Origin: a virus
Length of the DNA: 64,000 nt
Direction: 5' to 3' (one strand)
IMG/VR virus record: IMGVR_UViG_3300010354_000003
Coordinates: 4,677-68,676 of that record
Numbering within the stretch: the stretch's first letter is position 1; each line of letters opens with the position of its first letter. The notes under the pieces are model-generated. The model saw only the letters and a list, made by a program, of their open reading frames with translations. It did no database searches and was not told where the DNA came from. Shown piece by piece: positions 9,566 to 19,666 of this stretch. The translations under genes were made by a program, and so were the position numbers.

Positions 9566-10509
9566 CCTATAAGCTCCCTCACACGCTGTATGTCGCTGGA
9601 CACACGTTCGGAAAGATTGCTTCCCAGTATACTTGGGGATGTTTCGCGGACAATAATGTCTTCAATCTCGCGTTTTGTTCCAACAACACCATTGTTCTTT
9701 GCATCCACAACCAATGCGTCAATTGCATAGCTTTTCAACGTCTTTCCGTTTACAGTAATCCGCCACCCGCCTGAAGGTGTTTGGCTCTTGTTTGCATTTG
9801 ATTCAAGTGCTTTGCTGTGCAACTTTATGTTTATCCCTGCAACGCTTGTGTCGATTGTTCCATCGTAGCAGAACGTTGCGTTGTCACGCTTGTAGATACA
9901 ATCCGGTTGCCACAAACACACCTCTTGGATTGAACGATGCTTCAATCCTTCCGCAACGCAATTTGATGAGCTTTGGTTGCCGATAAAACAATCCGAGCTA
10001 TTTATTGCAATAGCCAGTTCAAGATAATCCTTAACAATCAATCTGTCTACTTTTCCAAATGACCTGCAAAACAACTCGTATTCGTTGTTGTGACCAACAA
10101 ACAACATCTTTTCTCCCAATAGTTTTACAAGTTCACTCCAAGGGAAAATAGGATTCACATATCTATGGGTCTTGTTAACAATAATTCTACCATTGAACTT
10201 GCTGTCTTTTGGAACAAACAGCCAAGGCCTTGATAGGTCTGTCGGTTGCTTTATCCATCTGGCATGCAATTCCGCAAGCTGAACGCCCCAAGGCAACCCT
10301 TGCTTTCTAAACTCAACAAACGATTTGTTTATCCTAATCAAGTTCTTTTCGCCACACTTGTCGATATATGGTTGCAGTTCTAGCAGTGGTTTCAAAACCT
10401 TAACTGCGTTGGAATTGTTTTGAATGTAATAACTCCCGCCTCCAGCAGCTTGAACTGCGGCCAAGCTTAGTATTATGTCGCCTAAATCTCGTTCATGTAA
10501 AAAGTTCAT
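9562..10509 (-). CDS. GT9 (heptosyltransferase)-like GT-B glycosyltransferase
   Basis: N-terminal DLGDIILSL and 'YLELAIAINSSDCFIGNQSS...VAEGL' match GT9 signatures. Confidence 0.75.
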   Translation of the reverse strand: MNFLHERDLGDIILSLAAVQAAGGGSYYIQNNSNAVKVLKPLLELQPYIDKCGEKNLIRINKSFVEFRKQGLPWGVQLAELHARWIKQPTDLSRPWLFVPKDSKFNGRIIVNKTHRYVNPIFPWSELVKLLGEKMLFVGHNNEYELFCRSFGKVDRLIVKDYLELAIAINSSDCFIGNQSSSNCVAEGLKHRSIQEVCLWQPDCIYKRDNATFCYDGTIDTSVAGINIKLHSKALESNANKSQTPSGGWRITVNGKTLKSYAIDALVVDAKNNGVVGTKREIEDIIVRETSPSILGSNLSERVSSDIQRVRELIG

Positions 10510-11135
10510 CTATCGGAGCTTTTCCAGCAATGTGTAAGTTTCTTGAAATCGTTTTTAAGTTCTTCGCTCAACCCATCCCTTTGAACATCCAAAGGAACGT
10601 GAACCGCAGATTTTAACTCGCAAGAACATACGAGGCAAGCACCCAGATTCCTGTCGTTGGATGTCTTTCTGTCCCCCAATACTCCGTGGATTAGCGATAA
10701 TACGCCACCCATACACGCACCGCACGAAAACTGGAGCGTCACGTTGTTCGGACATCCCGCGCAGATGCTAGCGCGTCTCTCTGCTTCGTCTTGCGAAACG
10801 AACGCAGCCTTGCCGTTCAATACTTGCATCGCCCATGACTTGATCATGTTTAGGAACGACAGCACGGCTTGTAGCGACAATCTCCTACGAACAATCTTAT
10901 CAAGTGAAACAGGCTTGCACATCTTGCCCCAATTGTTCTGCACACACATCTCGGAAATCAACTCCTCCTCCCAGTCTGGAGACAGTGCAATATTGTTTGC
11001 TAGACAATGGTTAACGTAGTTCTTAATGAACGCCTTGTAGTCGTAGTGCTTGAGTTTAAGTCCCGTGACTGGATGTGTGTAGCGCCACTCGCCTGGCGGG
11101 CAAGTGGACTTGTCAGTGTATGTGTATTGGATCAT
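10506..11135 (-). CDS. Cys-rich hypothetical protein
   Basis: CAGC, CGAC and CLVCSC motifs; C-terminal HCWK. Confidence 0.7.
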   Translation of the reverse strand: MIQYTYTDKSTCPPGEWRYTHPVTGLKLKHYDYKAFIKNYVNHCLANNIALSPDWEEELISEMCVQNNWGKMCKPVSLDKIVRRRLSLQAVLSFLNMIKSWAMQVLNGKAAFVSQDEAERRASICAGCPNNVTLQFSCGACMGGVLSLIHGVLGDRKTSNDRNLGACLVCSCELKSAVHVPLDVQRDGLSEELKNDFKKLTHCWKSSDR

Positions 11136-14100
11136 TACTGTCCGTAGATGCGTTGCAGTTGTCGTTCCGCTTTCTGCCGCGCCTCGGCTTGGTCTTTAAC
11201 ATCCTTTGCCATCCTCTTTACCATTCGTGCAACGTCCGCGTCATTTAATCGCATAGTGTAGAGCGTTTCGCTCAATGCCGCAAGGATAAGAACCCTCTGT
11301 TCTTCTTCCGTGAGCGAGTCCATAATCTCGTCGTCCGACAAATCTTTTAGCCTGTCAAACGACTCTCTGGCTTGGCTTGGAAGAATATCAAGCATACCAA
11401 GCGTGGAATCTGCTCCAGGTCCAGTATAGCGATACATTGGGGCGCGTTCCTTGCGATACTTCTCCCAAGACATAATCTCACCCTTGTCGTCCAGCACGTT
11501 TTCGCTTTGCGTCTGAATCTCGTAGAAATATGCGGCTGCGTTTACAGCGTCGATTAGCCTTGTTTCCGCGTAGGCAGAATAACCACCGACAAAGATGTTC
11601 GATGCAACCTCACCCAAGAACTGGCGGAATACGCGCCTTTCTTTTTCAAGCCGCTCTTCCTCGTCCGGTTCTTCCATATCCACGCCAAGCAATCCGTATG
11701 CGGCAGCGGCAATACCACCAGTAAGGAATGGCAATGCGTAGCGTCTTACTCCGTGGAAGATAACAATTCCAAGCAGTGTTCCTGCCAATCCCTTTGCGGC
11801 GACTTTCTTCTCGTCCGTATCCCCGTAGGATATATCCCGCAAGTCGGAAAGGATACGAGAGCGTTGCTGGATTACGAACGACGAGAATGGCATAATCATC
11901 GTCTTGAGAAGATTTCCACCGCCGCTGTCTCCTCGTTGAGCGAATGTTGCCATCTTGGTCGGGTCGGACGAGCCTTGGTAGATGTCGATCATTTGGTCTG
12001 CGTAAAGACCAGCCTCTACGCGGCTCCTATCTCCTTTAGCAATAAGATCAGATTCGTTGTCCCAGTTTGTGAATTGGATGTCGTTGTCTTTAAGATATTT
12101 CTTGTAGTAGGAAATCCATCCGTGCGATGCGGCAACCGTGTCGGAAATTTTGAGCGGAATCAGCCAGAAGTTGTTAAGATTCTCGAAAGCTTCCATTGCT
12201 TTGGGCCACAAGCCATCTTGCATGAACTGCTGTAGCTTGGTGAAGTTGCCCTCAAGCTGGTTGACCCACTTTGAGCCGCCTGCAATCTCACCGCGTTCAC
12301 CGATGGAGAACTGGCGCATCGCTGGCAATGCCGCCTTGATTTCCGTGAAGGCTGGAGTCGTGATGCTCAGATCGTTTACGTTGGCAATCGTTGTGGCTAC
12401 TTGGTCTGGCATCTGCTTTGCCGCCTGCCCAATACCTCCGAGTGCGATACTCGTTCCGATCTTGCGAACCATATTCGCAACAAAGTCCGCAGCTTGGTTG
12501 AACGGGTCCATTTGGTAAATCTTGCGCTCGCGGGAATCGGATAGGTTATTGATTCGTTTCGTGACGAAATCGTAGTTCTCTACACCACCGAGCGCCTCCA
12601 CTGCTTCGGGAGACTTTAGGAATGCGTAGACTTGCTGCCAGCCTGGATTTGTATACGCCGCCTCAAGCTGCGTTGACAAGGAATCCAATACGTTTCTGGT
12701 AAGGTTGTAGTCAAACTGCTTTCCTTCTGGCAATACGCTGTTCTTGATGCGCTTGATTGAGTTGGGCGCTTGTTTCGGGGCGGTAACGCTATCGGATGCC
12801 CGTCCGCGCAGTTCCCCTGGCTTCTTGGGTTCTGTTCCGATGGAGCGGTAGCGGATTGGAAGGTAATACGGATTCTCGTAGTTCTCTGTCTGGTTGTTAA
12901 AAAGCTCGTCGTGTTCTTTAAGCAGCGGCTTGTATTCGGGTAGAACCTCGTTCATCAAGAACGTCAAAGCCTTGTAGTTTGCTGGATGCAGTCTGTTTAG
13001 ATTGTCCAAGATGCCTTGGATGGAGTCAGCGTAAACCTCGTCCAAAGCCTTCTCGATATACAGCGCAGTCTTTCTGTCCTCCGTCTTTGGTGACTTCTTT
13101 TTCTTCTCGATGTCTTTTTCTATCAAACCGCGCATTCTTTGTATGCCTTCAGCTTCTGTCTCGTCGGGGTGGATTTGGATGAGATTGCCAGCAACGCCCA
13201 TCGAATAGACGCCTTGTGTTTCAGCAATCCTTTGACCTGTTTCCTTTTCGATTTGCTTGAATCGCTGCTGGACGCCATCCGTGATTTCGCGCCTTGCCCT
13301 GTTTGTGTTGGCTTGCCCGCGCTCAATCTCACCAAACCCCATCTGGTAAAGAAGCCTTGGAAGTCCTTGTGTTCCTGTAAGATTGCGGAATGTGTCTGCG
13401 AATGATTGCGTTCCAAGATTGACCAGCCTTCCGAAGTTCTCTCCAAGAAGGTTCTCGTAAACCTTTAATGTCGCGGAGTTGCGTTTGATTGTCTTGGAAT
13501 CTTTTGCAGCCTCAACCGCTCCAATCTGCCCCCTCGCCATAGATGCAAACTTTTGAGCGCCGAGGAACTTATTGTTAACAAGAATGTTGTTCGCAATCTT
13601 GATAAACTCCTTTCGTTCCCCAATGCTGATATCGGACAGCGTGATGCGCTTCATATCGTCCAAAACAACCTTCTCTTCAGAAGTAATTTCTGGATTATCG
13701 TAATTGATCAGTGCAACTTGCGCCACTTCAGCCAATCCGTTTATCTTTTGCTCGATGCGATTGCGGCGCTCTTCGTCTCTTGCAAGCTCGGCATCAATCT
13801 CTTCTGGTGTCTTATCTGCAATCGCTGCAAGCTCGCCGTCCATTCCAAGGTTTTCCTTAGCCTTGCGATTTGTTTCAATCTGTTCGCCAAGCTTTGTTAG
13901 GAAGTCGGTAATCTCTGCGTCAGGCACAAGGACGTATTCCTCTGCCGTGACGGGGCCACCCGCCTTCATGTATTCCTTCAGAACTGCTGTAAACTCTGCG
14001 ACAGAGATTGGCGTCTCCCCCTCCACCTCAACCATCTCTTCCGGCTCTATTTGTCGCGGTTCGATATTCGCAAGCTTTTCGAGGTTGGCTTTAATGTTAG

Positions 14101-17100
14101 CAGCCAATCCTTTTTGCTTTGCCAAACGCTTGGCAGATTTAATTGCTGACTTGGCATCAGATAAATCCTTCTCGTAGTTGGCGTTCTCGATAACCTTGTT
14201 CGCGTAGTTAACGAATCCAAGGATAGACGCCTCGTTGTCGAACTGCGTCTGCAATGCCTTGCTGGTAATAGCCCTAAGTTGTGACGGGCGGACCTTTCCT
14301 CGGATAGCAGCCTCGCGCAGTTGCTGGGTTAAGTCCTTTGCGAACTCGCGCTGGGTGCGCTTATCCTCCTTGCGCTTCCTTGCGCCCATTCTGATCTGGT
14401 CCTTCAGCGCCGTCATCTCGTTTACAGTCAACTTCGTCTTGGGGCGCTTCACGCCTGTAGAGATGTCGATGATGTTCTGCATCTTCGTGCGGCGTTTCGG
14501 GCGCTCTGCGGGGGCTTCCTCTACTACTGCTTCTGGTGCTGGGGTTGGTTCGGGTGCCATCTTCAGCACTCCTTCGCGCATCTCGCGAATGATCCTTTCC
14601 CCGCTGTTGAAACGCTTGTATCCGACATTGAATACAGCCATCGCGCCACGGTCAGAAAGCATGATGTTCGTCTTGAGGAGTCGGTTGATGATCTTCTTGA
14701 TGGTGTCCTTTAGCTTCTCCCACGCGGTCAGCCCCCTCTTCGTCCTTCTGATAAGCGAGGCAAATGCCATAACTTCCCGCTCTTCAATCTGAACTTCGTT
14801 GGTTTCCTTGTTGTAGCCCTCGTTTACGATGCGATCTATCTCTGCGCGGGCCTCATCCGGCATGCTTTCCAAAAAGCTTTGGAAGTCGGCTTGGAACTGC
14901 GGGTCGGAGTAGATGTAGTGACCGAGTTCGTGGGTGAGGATGTCTTCGATGTTCTCGCCCCTCTGGATGTAGGCGCGGTTGAGGATGATCTCCCCACTAT
15001 CGGGGTCGTAGCCAGCCTTGAACTCGTAGTCTGGATCATCGGTATTGTTAACAATTACAAAGTTTTCCGGCTTCTCTCCACCGAAGAATCGGATGGCGCG
15101 ACCAGATGCCTCTCTAAATGTGTAGCGATCCGCTTCTGGGACGGGTGTGTATTTCTCTTCTGCGCGAAGCTCTGATGCCATGTATCTAATGTCGCGAATC
15201 CCAGCCCCGCCAACTATTCCCCTCGGACGAGCTTGCATCTGAGGATTTTTAACAAAGACGCGAGAACCAACCATGATTGCTTCATCGCCGCCAACAACGG
15301 CATTCTTTGAGCGCACATCTACAAAGTAACTTGAACGGATTGGATTGTAACTAACCTCAGTCCAAACATCTGGGTTATTGATGTCTGCTGGCAGATTGGT
15401 AATCGGCTCGTAGTTGCCTTTGACTGTGGCAAGAGGAAATTTTACAGCACCAGTTGCAATATCAATAGCCTCGCCCTTCCCAGAAATAGAGCGAGTCATC
15501 ATCTTTGGATTAATGACTTTTGCCGCGCCAAGGTAAGATATTGGAGTCCCTACACGAGTGCTTGTCTCTGGAACTGGCTCATGCGCCGTTACGGCATATA
15601 CCGTATCTCCAGCAGCAGTAGATCGGTTGTATGTCGGAATATCTATTCTGAACTCTACCTCTTTGCCGCTTTGTATTGGTGCATTTACTTTGCTTCGTTT
15701 ATCTTCTCCAATGTATTTATCTATTTTATCTTTTGTTGGAATAGATTCAGCGCCTTTAACTGTAAAGGGATCAATGGAATCAATTAAGTCTGCGTATTCT
15801 CCAGCAGTAATCTCACCATTTTTCAGTCTTACAGCAGCAACGGCAAGTTCTGGATTCCTTGCCATTACTTTATTGGAAGATGCTTTTTGGAATGCCGTTG
15901 TTTCCTCTGGAGTTTGCGGCGTTATTTTTGTTGGAGTAGCCGCCATCTTCCGCACTCCCTTGCCTCTAACAATCTTAATATCTCCAGCCTCTACAGTCTG
16001 CACCTCGCCAGTCCGCTCATTGCGGATGCTGTAGTATTGTTCTCCAAGCTCTGCCTCTCTTGCGCTTTGAGGCAGCACTTCTTCTACTACGAAGCTCTGT
16101 GGTGTGGTCTTGGTCTTGACGCGGTTGCCTATAGCGATGCCTGCGGGTTCTTCCTGCTCTCTAAATTTTCTAGATGCCTCTGCTTGCTGTAAAACAGTTT
16201 CCAATGATGCGGGGGGTTGCTCTTCCAGCGCCTTGCGGGTTTTAGCATCTTCCGTCATTGCTGTAGCAGGAGCAACCTCTGGCTCAAGAACCGCTATGGC
16301 TTTTTCATAGCGGGAACGAAGAGATGGTTTAAAATTTTCTACATTACGAATGTTCTCGCGAAGATCAGCCAATTTGATCTGTGCTGCTTCGGGATTTTGG
16401 GCAACACGATCAATAAATTGAGCGTATGTTTCGCCTTCTTTTCTGCTTACCACATCCACCAATCCCGCAACATCATCACCGAATTGAGACCTAACCTCAT
16501 CCAGTGTCATCTTGCCATCTTCCACGGAATCGTGAAGAAATGCAGCTGTCTTTAGTTTGTTGTTGGGCATTTGCTCCGAAACTCTGCGGAGGTGATTGAT
16601 ATATGGCTCCTGCCCGTATAAATCTTGAGCGAAATCTTCTGTTGCTTTTTGCTCTGCTGCCTGAACCGTTTCTGGCGCGACTTCTATGACTGCTGGCTCT
16701 ACCGCCCCTTCTGCCGCAACAACTGGCTCTACAGGGGCTACAGCGGCCTCTGGTGTAGGTGTTACAAGAGGGGTCGTTACGGGAGTGGGGGCTGCTGGTG
16801 CGGCGGCAACCTCCGCAGCCCTCTCTTCTGGAGTCAGTCTGGGTAGCGGTGCGCCAGCCCTCTGCATTACCTCTTCTCCTCGCGGGGTGATAACATTCTG
16901 CCCGTCTTGGATGTTGACCAACCCTTGTCTTGCGAGACGGACTACTTCTTCGTCTGTCGCGGTGTTGTCTGCGACTCGGGAGAGAGATTCTGCTTGGGCG
17001 AGTTCTTCGCGCAATGCCTCCGCTCCTAATTGCGATCTGCGGATTCTTTCGTCCTCGGCAAGCTGTTGCTCGATTGTAATCGCGGCTTCCTCTGCACGGC

Positions 17101-18838
17101 TCGGGCGGCGAATCTCTGCGAATACATCCCCCTCTGCTGGTTCTGGTGCCGTGGCCAATGCTTCTTCCGTAGCGCGGCGGACTCCACCGACCATCTCCTC
17201 GCCTTGCAGTTCTCGGCGCAAAAGATCGCGTCCCTCTGGTGTACGGCGAAGAACATCTGCGCGGCGGGCGGCTTCCTCGATTACTTGGGCGGATTCAAAT
17301 GCGGGACCGCTGGGCGGCATGGGGCGCCTTCTTACGTCCGCAAACACGTCGTAAATGTCAGCCTCGCGCCCGTATGTGGCACCAGGCGTTTCTGTCGGCA
17401 GGACGTCTGTAGGCAGCTTCCTTGCCCTTGCTTGCTCTGCGCGGAACTCTGCAAGTGCGTCGAGTGCGTTCTGTGAGAATACCCTTGTCTCCTCGTCTTC
17501 GGATTGCAACTGCTCGCGGAAGTTCGCCTCCGTCTCCGCAATCGACTCGGGGGTCATCCTTGCAAATGCCGCCTTGAATTCCTCTTTCGGAGGCTGGACG
17601 TATGGTTCTTCTTCGCGGATGGGGACTGTCGGGCGTGTGGCTGCTTCCGCATCTTCGATAGCCTGCTCGGTTGCTGAGATGTCTTTTTCTGTCGTAGCAG
17701 CTTTCTGACCAGCGGCACGGATTGCTGCGGCGGTCTGAGGTGCGTTCGCCTCATCCGCCTTGATTGCCGCATCTTCTGCGACAGATGCTTTTTGGATAGC
17801 TCCAAGAGGTGCGCCCACTCCGAATCCAGCGATGCCTTCCAATGCACCAGACGAGAACACGCCACGGGTTGTGGGAACCTCCATCCCTTCGCGCTGCAAT
17901 GCCAAGTTGGCGGCAAGTTGCTCTTGCGCTCCTTGTGCAGCTTCTGGGAAGGCTTCTGTAATACCAGTCTTGAGTGCGTTGCCGATACGGCTCTTGCTTG
18001 CAGCTACTCCTGTTTTCGTAAGTATTCCTCCGATAATCTTTTCCGCTCCAGTCGTTGCCGCAGCAGCGCCGAGTCCAGCGCCGAGCAGAATCTGGTCGAG
18101 GTTCTTGCCTCCGTATTCTTGCGCCTTAACAGCTTGTTGGTGTGCGGCATCCTCGCTCAATCCTTGCGAGATGAGTTCGTTCTTAACCTCGTCGTAGATG
18201 GTTCCCTTAACAACACCAGCCCCCATACCAGCACCGATGCCAGACTGGGCTGCTGCCATCTGTCCTGCGGTAAGTCCCCTTGCCGCCGCCGCTCCTCCAC
18301 GGATACCAGTTACAGCAAGCTTTGCTGTATTTGCTGCGAGTCCACCGACAATAACAGGAGCCATCGTCCCGAGTGCCTGCACGGTCATATCGACTGGTGC
18401 AACGGAGAAAGCTTTAACGCCAGCCATGACTTGATCCAGTACACCCTTGTCCTGCGCGTCTTGCATGATGCGGGCAATCTCTGCTTGGTCTTCCTTGGCT
18501 TGCGCCGACATAAGATTGCCCAAATAGTCCTCCACTCCACGGATGGATTGGGATACAGGGTTATCTGCTCCAGCAATGTCCGTAAACATTCTTACGCCTT
18601 GTGCGGCACCTTTGGCTAATCCTACGGGAATATCAGCGGCTTGTCGAAGCAAACTATCCCCAGCGGGCTTGGGCTTCGGTTTGAACATCTCCTCAACAGG
18701 GGGAAGCAACTTAGCCTTTCGCTCGGCAGGCTCCTCGTCGAAATATGTAATCTTGCGACGTTTGGGCTGCGTTAATGGAGTCTGGCGAAGCGGAGATGCG
18801 AAGTCTTCCTCTTCTTCATCTAGGTAGGTGATAGGCAT
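11135..18838 (-). CDS. Giant polyvalent internal virion/ejection protein with RelA/SpoT HD hydrolase and HExxH metallopeptidase-like domains
   Basis: 2567 aa; Gly/Ala hydrophobic N-terminal region; PYINH...AAFLHDSVED...IKLADLREN; ILTHELGH; helical C-terminus. Confidence 0.8.
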   Translation of the reverse strand: MPITYLDEEEEDFASPLRQTPLTQPKRRKITYFDEEPAERKAKLLPPVEEMFKPKPKPAGDSLLRQAADIPVGLAKGAAQGVRMFTDIAGADNPVSQSIRGVEDYLGNLMSAQAKEDQAEIARIMQDAQDKGVLDQVMAGVKAFSVAPVDMTVQALGTMAPVIVGGLAANTAKLAVTGIRGGAAAARGLTAGQMAAAQSGIGAGMGAGVVKGTIYDEVKNELISQGLSEDAAHQQAVKAQEYGGKNLDQILLGAGLGAAAATTGAEKIIGGILTKTGVAASKSRIGNALKTGITEAFPEAAQGAQEQLAANLALQREGMEVPTTRGVFSSGALEGIAGFGVGAPLGAIQKASVAEDAAIKADEANAPQTAAAIRAAGQKAATTEKDISATEQAIEDAEAATRPTVPIREEEPYVQPPKEEFKAAFARMTPESIAETEANFREQLQSEDEETRVFSQNALDALAEFRAEQARARKLPTDVLPTETPGATYGREADIYDVFADVRRRPMPPSGPAFESAQVIEEAARRADVLRRTPEGRDLLRRELQGEEMVGGVRRATEEALATAPEPAEGDVFAEIRRPSRAEEAAITIEQQLAEDERIRRSQLGAEALREELAQAESLSRVADNTATDEEVVRLARQGLVNIQDGQNVITPRGEEVMQRAGAPLPRLTPEERAAEVAAAPAAPTPVTTPLVTPTPEAAVAPVEPVVAAEGAVEPAVIEVAPETVQAAEQKATEDFAQDLYGQEPYINHLRRVSEQMPNNKLKTAAFLHDSVEDGKMTLDEVRSQFGDDVAGLVDVVSRKEGETYAQFIDRVAQNPEAAQIKLADLRENIRNVENFKPSLRSRYEKAIAVLEPEVAPATAMTEDAKTRKALEEQPPASLETVLQQAEASRKFREQEEPAGIAIGNRVKTKTTPQSFVVEEVLPQSAREAELGEQYYSIRNERTGEVQTVEAGDIKIVRGKGVRKMAATPTKITPQTPEETTAFQKASSNKVMARNPELAVAAVRLKNGEITAGEYADLIDSIDPFTVKGAESIPTKDKIDKYIGEDKRSKVNAPIQSGKEVEFRIDIPTYNRSTAAGDTVYAVTAHEPVPETSTRVGTPISYLGAAKVINPKMMTRSISGKGEAIDIATGAVKFPLATVKGNYEPITNLPADINNPDVWTEVSYNPIRSSYFVDVRSKNAVVGGDEAIMVGSRVFVKNPQMQARPRGIVGGAGIRDIRYMASELRAEEKYTPVPEADRYTFREASGRAIRFFGGEKPENFVIVNNTDDPDYEFKAGYDPDSGEIILNRAYIQRGENIEDILTHELGHYIYSDPQFQADFQSFLESMPDEARAEIDRIVNEGYNKETNEVQIEEREVMAFASLIRRTKRGLTAWEKLKDTIKKIINRLLKTNIMLSDRGAMAVFNVGYKRFNSGERIIREMREGVLKMAPEPTPAPEAVVEEAPAERPKRRTKMQNIIDISTGVKRPKTKLTVNEMTALKDQIRMGARKRKEDKRTQREFAKDLTQQLREAAIRGKVRPSQLRAITSKALQTQFDNEASILGFVNYANKVIENANYEKDLSDAKSAIKSAKRLAKQKGLAANIKANLEKLANIEPRQIEPEEMVEVEGETPISVAEFTAVLKEYMKAGGPVTAEEYVLVPDAEITDFLTKLGEQIETNRKAKENLGMDGELAAIADKTPEEIDAELARDEERRNRIEQKINGLAEVAQVALINYDNPEITSEEKVVLDDMKRITLSDISIGERKEFIKIANNILVNNKFLGAQKFASMARGQIGAVEAAKDSKTIKRNSATLKVYENLLGENFGRLVNLGTQSFADTFRNLTGTQGLPRLLYQMGFGEIERGQANTNRARREITDGVQQRFKQIEKETGQRIAETQGVYSMGVAGNLIQIHPDETEAEGIQRMRGLIEKDIEKKKKSPKTEDRKTALYIEKALDEVYADSIQGILDNLNRLHPANYKALTFLMNEVLPEYKPLLKEHDELFNNQTENYENPYYLPIRYRSIGTEPKKPGELRGRASDSVTAPKQAPNSIKRIKNSVLPEGKQFDYNLTRNVLDSLSTQLEAAYTNPGWQQVYAFLKSPEAVEALGGVENYDFVTKRINNLSDSRERKIYQMDPFNQAADFVANMVRKIGTSIALGGIGQAAKQMPDQVATTIANVNDLSITTPAFTEIKAALPAMRQFSIGERGEIAGGSKWVNQLEGNFTKLQQFMQDGLWPKAMEAFENLNNFWLIPLKISDTVAASHGWISYYKKYLKDNDIQFTNWDNESDLIAKGDRSRVEAGLYADQMIDIYQGSSDPTKMATFAQRGDSGGGNLLKTMIMPFSSFVIQQRSRILSDLRDISYGDTDEKKVAAKGLAGTLLGIVIFHGVRRYALPFLTGGIAAAAYGLLGVDMEEPDEEERLEKERRVFRQFLGEVASNIFVGGYSAYAETRLIDAVNAAAYFYEIQTQSENVLDDKGEIMSWEKYRKERAPMYRYTGPGADSTLGMLDILPSQARESFDRLKDLSDDEIMDSLTEEEQRVLILAALSETLYTMRLNDADVARMVKRMAKDVKDQAEARQKAERQLQRIYGQ

Positions 18839-19665
18839 TAGTCAATTCGTGCTTTCCTACCATTTATAATCACAATTGTTCCAGATGGCAACCCAGAAGC
18901 CATAGCCTCTTCCTCGCTGGTAAAATCCAACATTTCTGGAGCCTCCATTGCTTCCATTTCTCGCTGTGGCTCAACGCCAACTCCTTGCTGTTGCATAAAT
19001 TTGTTGTATGTATCCCTTGCTACAACAGCACGTCCGAGGGCAATTTGGTCGCCAGCTTGAACTTGCTTTTGAAATGTTGGGTCGCTGAGGAGTCCAGCAG
19101 CCTTTTGGAATGCGTCTTCGGTAACTTCCTTTCCTGTTTCAATCCGGCCTTCGCGCAGTTTGGAGTGCCTAAACAGCATTGGCTTATCAACAGTTTCGAT
19201 AAATGCGTCGTATTCAAAAGCAACAGGATACTTGTTAACAACATCCATTCTTTTGGAAAGATAGTCTGGATCACGCGGATCAAGTTGTCCAAGGGCTTGC
19301 CGAGCAAGCGGCACTTGTTCCAGCATTGCATCCTCTCGATTGATGCGGGATTCGTAGAGGTCAAGGTCGCGGGCCGCTTTCTTTAAGCCAAGTTCCGCCT
19401 CGCGTTCCGCAAGCAGTGTTTTCTTGTATTCCAAGTCCTCTTCTAAGAAGGGTGTTTCGCGCCTGCGTTGTTCTTCAACTTGAAGCCTTCCAGAGATAGA
19501 ACGAATAGGGAACTTTTCGTCTAATTGGCTGTAATCGAATTTTGATTGAAGTTCTGGGCGTGTTCTTATGGCATACTCAAAATACCCCTCGTCGCCTTGG
19601 TCATCAAATTCTTCCATTATCGGGCGGTATTGATATCCGCTAGCTCTTGAACGTCGATTTGCCAT
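18838..19665 (-). CDS. Putative internal virion protein
   Basis: 275 aa, helical and charged; coupled to the giant gene. Confidence 0.55.
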   Translation of the reverse strand: MANRRSRASGYQYRPIMEEFDDQGDEGYFEYAIRTRPELQSKFDYSQLDEKFPIRSISGRLQVEEQRRRETPFLEEDLEYKKTLLAEREAELGLKKAARDLDLYESRINREDAMLEQVPLARQALGQLDPRDPDYLSKRMDVVNKYPVAFEYDAFIETVDKPMLFRHSKLREGRIETGKEVTEDAFQKAAGLLSDPTFQKQVQAGDQIALGRAVVARDTYNKFMQQQGVGVEPQREMEAMEAPEMLDFTSEEEAMASGLPSGTIVIINGRKARID

Positions 19666-19666
19666 T

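Noticed and set aside
11372-18827. Many + strand ORFs opposite the giant gene (likewise 48338..49180)
   Set aside because: Antisense shadows of well-supported genes.
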